Positions 19,507 through 27,742 of a stretch of DNA of 57,263 bases are shown piece by piece (within the stretch, counting starts at the first letter, position 1; the number at the start of each line of letters is the position of its first letter). This DNA comes from a virus. Taxonomy: Duplodnaviria; Caudoviricetes. The notes below the pieces were generated by a model. It had not been told where the DNA came from, did no database searches, and saw only the letters and a list, made by a program, of their open reading frames with translations. Location of the stretch: positions 1 to 57,263 of IMG/VR virus record IMGVR_UViG_3300034156_000030. One strand, 5' to 3'. Position numbers and translations under genes: made by a program.

Positions 19507-21300
19507 TTATATTTTATAAGTTTTTCTGTCTTTGAATTCTTGTTGTTTACCATCATTCCAATTTTGTACTGGGCGATAGTAACCTGTAATACGGCTGAAT
19601 ATTTCTGTTTTTCTACCACATGTAGGACACACATCTACTTCTCCATTTAAGTATCCGTGCGAAGAGCAAATAGAATATGTAGGTGATAACGTAAAATATG
19701 GTAGTTTATAATTCTCAGCTACCTTTTTTACTATACCTGCTGCAGTTTGCCAATCAGGAAGTTTCTCACCAACAAAACCATGAAATACAGTTCCTGAAGT
19801 ATACAGGATTTGAAGGTCGTCTTGTATTTCAAGAGCATCAAACATGTTGTCTGTATATCCAACTGGAAGATTACTAGAGTTGGTATAATACGGCGTAATT
19901 TCTTCTCTAGCATTGAATATATTATCAGTCACAATATCTGGGTATAATGTCTTGTCTTTTTTGGCAAATCGATAAGCAGTAGATTCGGCAGGGGTAGCTT
20001 CTAGATTATACAAGTCACCATATTGTTCCTGGTAATCACTTAATCTCAAACGAATGTGATTTAGTATATCCTTAGCAAAGTCTTGACTAACCGCATTGTG
20101 TAATGTCTTACCAATCCAATTAGCATTCAAACATGCTTCATTTATCCCAACAACACCTATTGTCGAGAAATGATGGTCAAAAGAGCCAAGATATCTTTTT
20201 GTGTATGGATATAATCCAATATTCAAAAGTTTAGTGATATACTCTCTTTTGAGTTTAAGAGACCTGGCGGAAATATCAAGTAATACATCGAGTCGTCCAT
20301 AGAAGTCTTTTTCGTCTTTAGCCAGATATGCAATTCTTGGAATATTCACAGTTACAACACCAACTGAACCAGTTGATTCACCAGAGCCAAAGAAGCCACC
20401 AGATTTTTTACGCAATTCTCTAAGGTCTAATCTTAATCTACAGCACATCGAACGAACATCACTTGGGTCCATATCTGAGTTGATATAGTTAGAAAAATAT
20501 GGCGTTCCATATTTAGCAGTCATTTCAAAGAGAAGACCGTTATTTTCAGTGTCAGACCAATCAAATTCTTTTGTGATGGAATATGTTGGTATAGGATATT
20601 GAAATCCTCGTCCATTAGCATCGCCCTCTAACATAATTTCAAGGAAGGCTTTATTAACCAAGTTCATTTCTTGCTGACAATCTTTATATTTGAAGTCCAT
20701 TTGGAATCCACCAACCATAGCAGGAAGTTCAGATAAATCTTTTGGTACAACCCAATCTAATGTTATATTACAGAAAGGCGATTGAGTTCCCCAACGAGAT
20801 GGAGTATTTATTCCAAATATGAACGATTGTATGCATTGTTTTACATCTTTATAAGACATATTATCAACCTTAACAAAAGGCGCCAAATATGTATCAAAAG
20901 AAGAGAATGCTTGTGCTCCAGCCCATTCATTTTGCATTATTCCAATAAAGTTAACCATCTGATTACACAAAGTAAAAAGATGTTTAGCAGGTGCGGATGA
21001 TATTTTACAATCTACTCCGCCTACGCCTTCTTGAATAATTTGCATCAAACTCCATCCAGCACAATATCCAGTTAACATTGATAAATCGTGCAAATGAATA
21101 TCAGCCTTTTTATGAGCGTCGGCAATTTCTTTATCATATACTTTAGAGAGCCAGAATTCTTTAGTTATCTCTCCAGAATTTGAGATTATGAGTCCACCTA
21201 TAGAATAGTTGACAGTGCTGTTTTCTTTAACATTCCAACTGCTTCTATCGATGTAATCTTCTATCAACTTAATGTTTCTTATATTCATAGAAACCTCCAA
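19507..21300 (-). CDS. nrdD: Anaerobic (class III) ribonucleoside-triphosphate reductase, no ATP cone
   Basis: HLHDL...YC.G, SMCCRL, TPAES, C..HG...CP.CG, SRITGYYRP glycyl-radical motif. Confidence 0.95.
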   Translation of the reverse strand: MEVSMNIRNIKLIEDYIDRSSWNVKENSTVNYSIGGLIISNSGEITKEFWLSKVYDKEIADAHKKADIHLHDLSMLTGYCAGWSLMQIIQEGVGGVDCKISSAPAKHLFTLCNQMVNFIGIMQNEWAGAQAFSSFDTYLAPFVKVDNMSYKDVKQCIQSFIFGINTPSRWGTQSPFCNITLDWVVPKDLSELPAMVGGFQMDFKYKDCQQEMNLVNKAFLEIMLEGDANGRGFQYPIPTYSITKEFDWSDTENNGLLFEMTAKYGTPYFSNYINSDMDPSDVRSMCCRLRLDLRELRKKSGGFFGSGESTGSVGVVTVNIPRIAYLAKDEKDFYGRLDVLLDISARSLKLKREYITKLLNIGLYPYTKRYLGSFDHHFSTIGVVGINEACLNANWIGKTLHNAVSQDFAKDILNHIRLRLSDYQEQYGDLYNLEATPAESTAYRFAKKDKTLYPDIVTDNIFNAREEITPYYTNSSNLPVGYTDNMFDALEIQDDLQILYTSGTVFHGFVGEKLPDWQTAAGIVKKVAENYKLPYFTLSPTYSICSSHGYLNGEVDVCPTCGRKTEIFSRITGYYRPVQNWNDGKQQEFKDRKTYKI

Positions 21301-21421
21301 TATATAATTTACTTGTTAAAAGTTGTATCATATGCTAAAATCCATTCAGTTTGTGAATCATGATTGATAAACAATCTTTTTGGGATAGTATACCATTTAA
21401 TATATATAAAATATATTGTGT

Positions 21422-21862
21422 TCATATCAATCCTTTCTCTATTTTTATTATTTGTTGGTTGCTACTACCATACATTTTACCAGTTATTATATTATTAATT
21501 TCAAATTTACCATCAACAATATAATCAACCATATTAGCTAATTCTGTATGTTTTATATCTTTATATTTAAAACCTGTATAAATCCATACATTTAAATGTT
21601 TAGGTAGAAGTTTTAAAAGTTCTATACACTTATCTTGCTGAAAGAAAGGATCACCTCCGGATAGAGTTATACCATCTAAGTAAGTATATTTTTTTATGTC
21701 GTCTAGAAGTTCCTGTGTTGATATCTCTTTACCACCATTAAAATTCCATGAGTCTGGATTCTGACACCCGTCACAATGATGTCTACATCCCTGACAAAAT
21801 ATGACATAGCGAGTTCCATAACCATTAATAAATGAGCAATTTAATGTTCCTGCTATTCTCAT
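21422..21862 (-). CDS. nrdG: Class III RNR activase (radical SAM)
   Basis: NG.G.R...F.QGC.H.C.GCQN, LSGGDP, GSSNQ. Confidence 0.95.
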   Translation of the reverse strand: MRIAGTLNCSFINGYGTRYVIFCQGCRHHCDGCQNPDSWNFNGGKEISTQELLDDIKKYTYLDGITLSGGDPFFQQDKCIELLKLLPKHLNVWIYTGFKYKDIKHTELANMVDYIVDGKFEINNIITGKMYGSSNQQIIKIEKGLI

Positions 21863-21864
21863 GA

Positions 21865-22386
21865 TTAACCTAACCTTTTATTTTTTAATTTTTGTTTTAA
21901 TTTCTTTAATTGTTTATCTTTATACATTAAAATATCAGCCTCAAACATAGCAAAGCCAATAGTTTCGTTTGCTGTTTTATGTGTAGTTCCTATTGCAGCT
22001 TCTGAAAATATGTGAAATATCGGTGATACACTGAACACTAAGAATTCATCTCCTCCTAATCTAAATACTAATTCCGAAGTTAATTGTAACGTGTCAGCAA
22101 TGTCTCTTATCAGTATATCACCAGCCTGATGACCTTCTAAATCATTAATTTGCTTTAATCCGTTAATATCAATAATAGAAACATACATATCCATATTATC
22201 ATATTTATTACGGAATTCTTCCAACATATTTCTATTGTATACACCAGTTAATTTATCAGTAAAAGCAAGTTTATAAAGTTCGTCTTTAGTTTTATCAACA
22301 TACGTAGATGTTAAAACAAAAGTTGGCTTGTTAAATAGAACTTTGTAGAGAATACTTTTAAACAATGATAATACAGATTTTAACAT
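21865..22386 (-). CDS. GGDEF-domain diguanylate cyclase
   Basis: D.LTGVYNR, IDINGLKQIND..GH.AGD, RLGGDEF, AD..MY..K. Confidence 0.9.
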   Translation of the reverse strand: MLKSVLSLFKSILYKVLFNKPTFVLTSTYVDKTKDELYKLAFTDKLTGVYNRNMLEEFRNKYDNMDMYVSIIDINGLKQINDLEGHQAGDILIRDIADTLQLTSELVFRLGGDEFLVFSVSPIFHIFSEAAIGTTHKTANETIGFAMFEADILMYKDKQLKKLKQKLKNKRLG

Positions 22387-22406
22387 TATAATCTCCCCTT
22401 TTTTGT

Positions 22407-22445
22407 AAAAAAGAGAAGATGCTTAAATCTCTTTAAACATCTTTC
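22407..22445 (-). terminator. Terminator hairpin (duplicate 1)
   Basis: AAGATGTTTAAA GAGA TTTAAGCATCTT CTCTTTTTT; differs from the 22653 copy by one loop base. Confidence 0.7.
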
Positions 22446-22459
22446 TTGGTTAATGGTTA

Positions 22460-22642
22460 CTACAGTGAATACATATTTTTGCAATAGCAACGATGTGAAT
22501 AATTTGCTTCCTTTATTTTTTGTCTGGCCTCTGCTCTTTTAACTTGCCTAGATTTGGGTCTCAAGAAAACCACAACAGGATGAAATAGGAATTTAAAATA
22601 CTTAATAAACCTTTTAATCAATTCAATCATTAGGATTACCAC
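22460..22642 (-). CDS. Small basic hypothetical protein
   Basis: GAAAGGTG RBS; followed by a terminator. Confidence 0.55.
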   Translation of the reverse strand: MVILMIELIKRFIKYFKFLFHPVVVFLRPKSRQVKRAEARQKIKEANYSHRCYCKNMYSL

Positions 22643-22652
22643 CTTTCAACTT

Positions 22653-22690
22653 AAAAAGAGAAGATGCTTAAATTTCTTTAAACATCTTTC
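22653..22690 (-). terminator. Terminator hairpin (duplicate 2)
   Basis: AAGATGTTTAAA GAAA TTTAAGCATCTT CTCTTTTT. Confidence 0.7.
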
Positions 22691-22706
22691 TGATTGATAG
22701 TTTCAA

Positions 22707-22922
22707 TTATGGATTTACTACATCACTTATGGTTTTCAAGCCATCTGTTAATTCTTCCGGATTTAAATCTTCAACCAATTCAAGGAGCTGTTCTTTACTG
22801 TTGTTTCTCAGGGTTACTATTACCGCTATTCCTGCTACCACACCAGCAACTATTAAAGTTCCTTTGATGATTGTTGATTTATTATCTCCTACAAATTTAC
22901 CAAACATGCTTTTTTCTTTCAT
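22707..22922 (-). CDS. Small single-TM membrane protein
   Basis: Downstream of a promoter motif; GTLIVAGVVAGIAVIV helix. Confidence 0.65.
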   Translation of the reverse strand: MKEKSMFGKFVGDNKSTIIKGTLIVAGVVAGIAVIVTLRNNSKEQLLELVEDLNPEELTDGLKTISDVVNP

Positions 22923-22950
22923 GATGATCATCCTTTCAATTTTTATTATC

Positions 22951-22978
22951 TTCATTATAGTCCTTGTATTTTTTGCGA
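22951..22978 (-). promoter_or_regulatory. Phage promoter motif, copy 4
   Basis: TCGC AAAAAAT AC AAGGAC TATAAT GAA. Confidence 0.78.
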
Positions 22979-22983
22979 GTTAA

Positions 22984-23622
22984 TTAAGGTTCCATGTAGA
23001 TAATACCTTTACCTAGCTTTTTAGCATAAAGAATCTCGCTAGCAGTACCATCACCTATATACTTATTTTTGTTAACTACATAGATAAAATCAGACATATC
23101 TATTTTTTGAAGATGTAAATCAACAAGCATAGCTATTTGAAAGTCTGACATATCTAGATTATCTGCATGATCAAAGAAAGGTAATGATAATACCACGTGT
23201 CCAGCTAATGTTAGATTATACTGCACCTCAAGTATATCTTTTTTAAAACTTGTACCGCCACAAATTGTAATTACTAATGATTTTTCTTTTTCACTTCGTA
23301 ATACCGATTTATCATCCCAATATTCGTCAGCCATTATCTTTCTTGAATCACCTTGATATTTATCTATGATTTCTGGCAGATTCTCGTTAATACCTGACAG
23401 TTTAATATCAAAATGTTCACAGAAAGCCACTGCTTGTTCTAAAGCCTCACCCGTACGACAAGTCCATAAAACAATTTTTGCTCCTCTTTTTATTTCTTCT
23501 TTAACTTTATTAATATTATGTATAATTGGCTCACCAAGTTTTGGCCATTTATCAGTCATTAAACATCCGTCGAAATCAAGAGCAATAATTTTTGATTTTT
23601 TCTTTTCCATTAAAATCATCAA
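22984..23622 (-). CDS. HAD-family phosphatase fused to a nucleoside-deoxyribosyltransferase-like domain
   Basis: ALDFDG, WTCR, K..AD.Y.DD in the N-terminal half; ITICG...L...GH.VL...H..KID.SD...YIG..T..EI.YA in the C-terminal half. Confidence 0.7.
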   Translation of the reverse strand: MMILMEKKKSKIIALDFDGCLMTDKWPKLGEPIIHNINKVKEEIKRGAKIVLWTCRTGEALEQAVAFCEHFDIKLSGINENLPEIIDKYQGDSRKIMADEYWDDKSVLRSEKEKSLVITICGGTSFKKDILEVQYNLTLAGHVVLSLPFFDHADNLDMSDFQIAMLVDLHLQKIDMSDFIYVVNKNKYIGDGTASEILYAKKLGKGIIYMEP

Positions 23623-23628
23623 CCTTTC

Positions 23629-24126
23629 TTAATTAGACGTTGAACCAAGCCCACCAATTCTTTCTTCACATAGCGGTATATCATCATCAGCCAGTAGGTA
23701 GTTATAGAATGTTCCTTGTGCAATAGCATCTCCAGCTTTTACATCAAATATTTTATTACCAGTATTTACTAGTTTTAGGAAAATATGACCTTCATTTTTT
23801 ATATTGTTATAATAGTCTGAATCAACTTTTCCTATGGTGTTAGCGATTTGAATTCCATATTTGAAACTTATGCCACTTTTTGGGAATATTAATAATTCCT
23901 CATCATCCAGCATATAAGCCTTTATTCCAAGAGGTATAACAATATCTTCTCCTGGTAATAGTGTAAAACTGCAAGGGGCATATAAATCATATCCAGAACT
24001 TCTTCTTGTTGCTCTTTTTGGTGTTTTTATATTGCAATAATCATGATTTTTATCCATACCAACATCTTTTAAATATTGAAGCATTGAAATTACTTCAAAT
24101 CCGCGTGTTTTGATCATAATAATCAT
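23629..24126 (-). CDS. dut: Trimeric dUTPase
   Basis: S.GYDL, PKSG, G.VDSDYY, IAQG, R.GG.GST. Confidence 0.92.
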   Translation of the reverse strand: MIIMIKTRGFEVISMLQYLKDVGMDKNHDYCNIKTPKRATRRSSGYDLYAPCSFTLLPGEDIVIPLGIKAYMLDDEELLIFPKSGISFKYGIQIANTIGKVDSDYYNNIKNEGHIFLKLVNTGNKIFDVKAGDAIAQGTFYNYLLADDDIPLCEERIGGLGSTSN

Positions 24127-24141
24127 CCTTTCAATTTTTAT

Positions 24142-24321
24142 TTAATTTTTAAGTTTCGCGTAATAACTTGCTGCAGACACGAATTCTGATGTTGTTATAA
24201 TGCCATCACGTAGACCATTACTATAAAGTCTAGTATAACATTTTTCATCGTTCGGGTATAAATCTTTTAGAATTTTAGTTGTATTTTCTATATTTTGTAC
24301 GACTAAAAGATATTCGTGCAT
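24142..24321 (-). CDS. Hypothetical protein (59 aa, below the ORF-track cutoff)
   Basis: MHEYLLVV...YYAKLKN, translated by hand; fills the gap, with AGGT RBS. Confidence 0.5.
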   Translation of the reverse strand: MHEYLLVVQNIENTTKILKDLYPNDEKCYTRLYSNGLRDGIITTSEFVSAASYYAKLKN

Positions 24322-24353
24322 AAAATCAACCTACCTTTTTTAATTTACAACAA

Positions 24354-24611
24354 TTAAACCTCTGTTGTTAATTCTTTAAAAAGTTCCAAGTAGTATTCAA
24401 AGTTATGAAATCTAGTTAACATCCTTTTTATATTAGCATCTTTAATTGCTTCTTCTGCCAATTTTATTTCTTTTTCTAGGTCTAATATAAGATCTAGAAT
24501 TTGAAATTGTTTAGTGTAATGTTTGTTCTCGTCAATTATTTCTCTTTCGTATTTTTCAATAGTTTTCTTCATAATTTCAATTTGTATAGGTAAATATTCT
24601 TGTACAGTCAT
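24354..24611 (-). CDS. Coiled-coil hypothetical protein
   Basis: AAAGGAG RBS. Confidence 0.6.
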   Translation of the reverse strand: MTVQEYLPIQIEIMKKTIEKYEREIIDENKHYTKQFQILDLILDLEKEIKLAEEAIKDANIKRMLTRFHNFEYYLELFKELTTEV

Positions 24612-24626
24612 GATATCTCCTTTATT

Positions 24627-24896
24627 TTAATCAGGAATTCTCATCCAATGTGTTATTTTTACTCCTCTATTGATTTCTATTGTTGTTCCGCCATAATGTT
24701 CAATAGAACGACCATTGTTTATTACTCGTGAACTTCTACTATGTTGTTCATACCATTCGCCGTCTACTAATTCAGCAATAAGTGGTAGAGAATACGCATT
24801 TGCCAGCGCATATCTTACTAAAAACCATTCCTCTGTATCAGAATCAGGTAAGCGCTCATCAACAGAAATACATACACCGAATGTAATACCACTCAT
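24627..24896 (-). CDS. DUF551-like phage protein
   Basis: ISV.ERLP...ITHWM.IP signature. Confidence 0.7.
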   Translation of the reverse strand: MSGITFGVCISVDERLPDSDTEEWFLVRYALANAYSLPLIAELVDGEWYEQHSRSSRVINNGRSIEHYGGTTIEINRGVKITHWMRIPD

Positions 24897-24908
24897 ATTA
24901 ACTCTCCT

Positions 24909-25748
24909 TTATTTTGGATATTTGGGCGTTACAGTATAATTAAGGACTAAACAAGGTTCTCCATCTTGTGATAATTGAGTACTGAATGTGATTTCAATCA
25001 TACCTTTTTCTACATCCCAACCCATCTGTTCACCAAGTTGTATATCTGGCAATCCGAGTTTGTAATACAACTCATTTATTGAAAGGAACATAGAACTCAT
25101 CAAAGTATAATTCAACTCGTTTACCGTTCTACGAATCTTTTCTATATCACTACGGAAATATCGTCCACTTAAGCTGTCATAACACATAACTGAACCATTA
25201 CCTGTAATTAATACTTCGTTCGTAGAAACTGGATTCTTTTTTATTCTGTCTGCTGATATTTCATCACGGATTTTAGTTTCTTTGTTGGCTCCGATAGTTT
25301 CAATAACTTTAGTCTGATATTCCTTAAATGCTGCCTCTGTGATGCCATATATGCTCGCTAGGGCTGCATTACGACGAAGAGAAATATGATTAGCACCAAT
25401 TATACAGCCTATAGTTACTAAGCCTAATACGGTCGCTGGTACGTATTCTCTCCATGTAAGTTGTATGATTTCTTTTTTTGTTAACATATGAGTAGTATCA
25501 CTCCACGTATAACCTTCTTCAACTCCTAGCCATTCTTCAAAAGTAAGATGACTACTAATACTATCTTCTTCATACATATCATATATATGATTATCTACGA
25601 TAGATAAAGCTTTTGGTGTTGCTCGAATAGCCATTATAGTCGTACTTACAAGTCCAGCAACTGCCACACCTGTAAGAATAGTTGGACTATTTTTAGAAAT
25701 GACTCCACCGAGATTTTTTATCATTAGTGAAATATTTGTTAACTCCAT
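24909..25748 (-). CDS. DUF6353-like phage protein (paralog of 13875)
   Basis: KNSPTILTG, RATPKA, CYDSLSGRYF, SINELY..LGL. Confidence 0.7.
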   Translation of the reverse strand: MELTNISLMIKNLGGVISKNSPTILTGVAVAGLVSTTIMAIRATPKALSIVDNHIYDMYEEDSISSHLTFEEWLGVEEGYTWSDTTHMLTKKEIIQLTWREYVPATVLGLVTIGCIIGANHISLRRNAALASIYGITEAAFKEYQTKVIETIGANKETKIRDEISADRIKKNPVSTNEVLITGNGSVMCYDSLSGRYFRSDIEKIRRTVNELNYTLMSSMFLSINELYYKLGLPDIQLGEQMGWDVEKGMIEITFSTQLSQDGEPCLVLNYTVTPKYPK

Positions 25749-25767
25749 AGTGAGGATCTCCTTTCTA

Positions 25768-25896
25768 TTAACAGAATAACCAAGTTACAAGTTTAACGGT
25801 GATAGCAATAATCGACACTACAGCACAAACTAATATTGTTATGCAAAAAAGACTAACTGCAGAATCAACACCTTTATTATTTTCACTATATTTCAT
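25768..25896 (-). CDS. Small TM protein (42 aa)
   Basis: MKYSEN...SLFCITILVCAVVSIIAITV..., AAAGGAG RBS; translated by hand. Confidence 0.5.
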   Translation of the reverse strand: MKYSENNKGVDSAVSLFCITILVCAVVSIIAITVKLVTWLFC

Positions 25897-26065
25897 TTTT
25901 AATATCTCCTTTCTCTACTTTAATGCTCATATTATCACATTTGAAATTTATCTTTATTCCACCTTCTGTTCCATTAGGAATAGTAATATCAGTATTAACA
26001 TTTTTTGCTTCATACATAATGCCTTTTTTAAGAAGTGCAGATATAATCATATCAGTGATTGTCAT
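25886..26065 (-). CDS. Hypothetical protein (59 aa)
   Basis: MTITDMIISALLKKG..., AAGGGG RBS; translated by hand. Confidence 0.5.
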   Translation of the reverse strand: MTITDMIISALLKKGIMYEAKNVNTDITIPNGTEGGIKINFKCDNMSIKVEKGDIKNEI

Positions 26066-26090
26066 ATGGTTATTCCCCTTTCAAGTTATA

Positions 26091-26186
26091 TTATTTGTGC
26101 TTATTTAGACATTTAACGTATACAACTAAACCAACTATGGTTGAAAATAATAAGCAATTTAATATAATAGTATCTACAATTTTCAT
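26091..26186 (-). CDS. Small TM protein (31 aa)
   Basis: MKIVDTIILNCLLFSTIVGLVVYV..., AGAGG RBS. Confidence 0.45.
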   Translation of the reverse strand: MKIVDTIILNCLLFSTIVGLVVYVKCLNKHK

Positions 26187-26207
26187 AGTATACCTCTTTT
26201 CTGTACA

Positions 26208-26318
26208 TCAATGTGTCCTCATAAATCGGATAGCGACCCACATTAACCAAAATCCTCCTGTACAGCATACCATGATAAAATCAAATACTAGACTACAAAA
26301 TCCATATTTCTTTTTCAT
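26208..26318 (-). CDS. Small TM protein (36 aa)
   Basis: MKKKYGF..LVFDFIMV..TGGFWLMWVAIRFMR, AAGGGATG RBS. Confidence 0.55.
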   Translation of the reverse strand: MKKKYGFCSLVFDFIMVCCTGGFWLMWVAIRFMRTH

Positions 26319-26345
26319 AGTAATCATCCCTTCAAGTTTTACTTG

Positions 26346-27119
26346 TTATTCTTTATTATTGATATGTATATCAGCAAGTGATTTATATTCAACTTTACCT
26401 ATAGCTTTTAAATTGTCGGAAAGTGTGTCATATTTAACATTTGGAAATTCAATACCTTTAAGAATATCATCTAACTCGGGTTTAGTATCATATGTCCAAT
26501 AAGCACAAAGCATATTCCAGACGAATGCTCTATCATGTGGTTCGTCCGTATCGCCCCTTAGATGTTTGAGAAAATGCCTAACACCAGAATCAATGTAACA
26601 ATGTAGTGGCATTCCTTTCATCCAATTATTTTCACAATATTTTTTAGCACCATCTTCAAAGTGTATTGATACTTCCAACATCAAAGTTGTTAAATTCGTT
26701 TTTTCATTATCCGCAAAAATACAAAGTGCCTGATTCAAAAATGCTGTATTTTTTGTTCTTTTGAAATGCTCAATAGAGTTTAATTCATCCCTCATAAGAA
26801 TTCTTGATAGTACACTTAATGGTAATAAATCACATCTACCTTTTCCATCACTGATATCTCTTACTGCACCTGTACCAAAATCTCTTCTTTCGCCATTGTC
26901 TTTTAAATCCATAGTTAATACCTCTCCTTCTTTATTTGTAAAGAATACTGTGTTACCAATATCATCTTGTAAGAAGTCTATGTGTCGACACGATTCATAT
27001 CTAACTCTAAATGTTGAAAAAGTGACTGCGATAACTTCCCCAAATATGGTAGTAGTATGTCCATTATAAGGTCTATATACTGTCGCCTTAATAAAATCTC
27101 CAATTTTAGCACTAATCAT
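26346..27119 (-). CDS. dATP/dGTP diphosphohydrolase (DUF5664-like) with N-terminal SH3-like domain
   Basis: F.TGAVRD...GKGR.DLLP, GAKKY..NNW.KG, S..RH...D.DE.H...WN; internal RBS and ATG at 26912. Confidence 0.8.
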   Translation of the reverse strand: MISAKIGDFIKATVYRPYNGHTTTIFGEVIAVTFSTFRVRYESCRHIDFLQDDIGNTVFFTNKEGEVLTMDLKDNGERRDFGTGAVRDISDGKGRCDLLPLSVLSRILMRDELNSIEHFKRTKNTAFLNQALCIFADNEKTNLTTLMLEVSIHFEDGAKKYCENNWMKGMPLHCYIDSGVRHFLKHLRGDTDEPHDRAFVWNMLCAYWTYDTKPELDDILKGIEFPNVKYDTLSDNLKAIGKVEYKSLADIHINNKE

Positions 27120-27217
27120 TATTTCACCTCCATTATTATGATTTATATATTAAATATAACCTTATTTTGACCTTAAAATAGGTTAAAAATGACCAAATTA
27201 ACAATAGGGCATATAGA

Positions 27218-27328
27218 AGCCATTTTAAGCGTTTTTACCCTTTACAGGTCATATTATATTACCTACTAATCAAAAGTGTCTTAGAATCAATCCTCAGAGG
27301 TCGTTTTTTCTAAAAGTGCGAAAAAAAT
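27218..27328. repeat. 111-bp direct repeat, copy 1 (palindromic core)
   Basis: Matches 30637-30747 with 3 mismatches by eye. Confidence 0.9.
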
Positions 27329-27338
27329 TAAAAATTAT

Positions 27339-27397
27339 AGAAATAGTACGAAGTGCAGTCCTTTATTTTCGGATATGCACTCCCATATACTATTCTT
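27339..27397 (-). other. Long interrupted hairpin
   Basis: AAUAGUA/UACUAUU, GGAGUGCA/UGCACUUC and UCC/GGA stacked stems. Confidence 0.55.
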
Positions 27398-27454
27398 GTT
27401 AAATTCACATGATACTCACTCCTTTAATTACTTATGTGTGATATTAGAAAATAT

Positions 27455-27515
27455 AAAAAGTAAGTATAGATATTTAACTATCTAATTACGCACCTTACAT
27501 ACGTACTTACCTCTC
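27455..27515 (-). ncRNA. Candidate structured small RNA B (three-way junction, ~61 nt)
   Basis: Follows a promoter motif; GUAAGUA/UACUUAC closing stem, CGUAU/GUGCG and UAGAUA/UAUCUA hairpins, then a U tract. Confidence 0.6.
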
Positions 27516-27540
27516 ATTAGAGGATGTGTTTTTATCGCGA
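27513..27540 (-). promoter_or_regulatory. Phage promoter motif, copy 5
   Basis: TCGC GATAAAA AC ACATCC TCTAAT GAG. Confidence 0.75.
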
Positions 27541-27662
27541 GAATATTAAAAGTAATATGGAAAACATCATCAATGTTAATGCTAATGCTAATGCTATTAG
27601 AACTAATATAATTCCTTTAATAATATTATCAAAGAAGTTTTTAATATAATCATCTCCTTGTG

Positions 27663-27742
27663 AAAAAAAGAGTCTTCGGATTCGAACCGATTTCGCCATT
27701 ATTGCTAATGGTGTTTTACTTTTTTAAACTAGCTCACTCTTC
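27663..27742 (-). ncRNA. tRNA-like RNA with non-canonical anticodon arm and acceptor stem
   Basis: UA-GUUU...AAAC D arm, CCAUUA-GCAA-UAAUGG arm, UCGG-UUCGAAU-CCGA T arm, AAGAGU/ACUCUU end stem, U7 tract; no encoded CCA. Confidence 0.7.

Noticed and set aside
24155-24182. Plus-strand TTCGCGTAATAACTTGC resembling promoter copy 11
   Set aside because: The TCGC-AC spacing is one base short, there is no TATAAT-like box, and it lies antisense within a small ORF.
27663-27742. Functional tRNA-Cys(GCA)
   Set aside because: No 7-nt anticodon loop with U33 can be formed and the acceptor stem is irregular; reported as tRNA-like instead.
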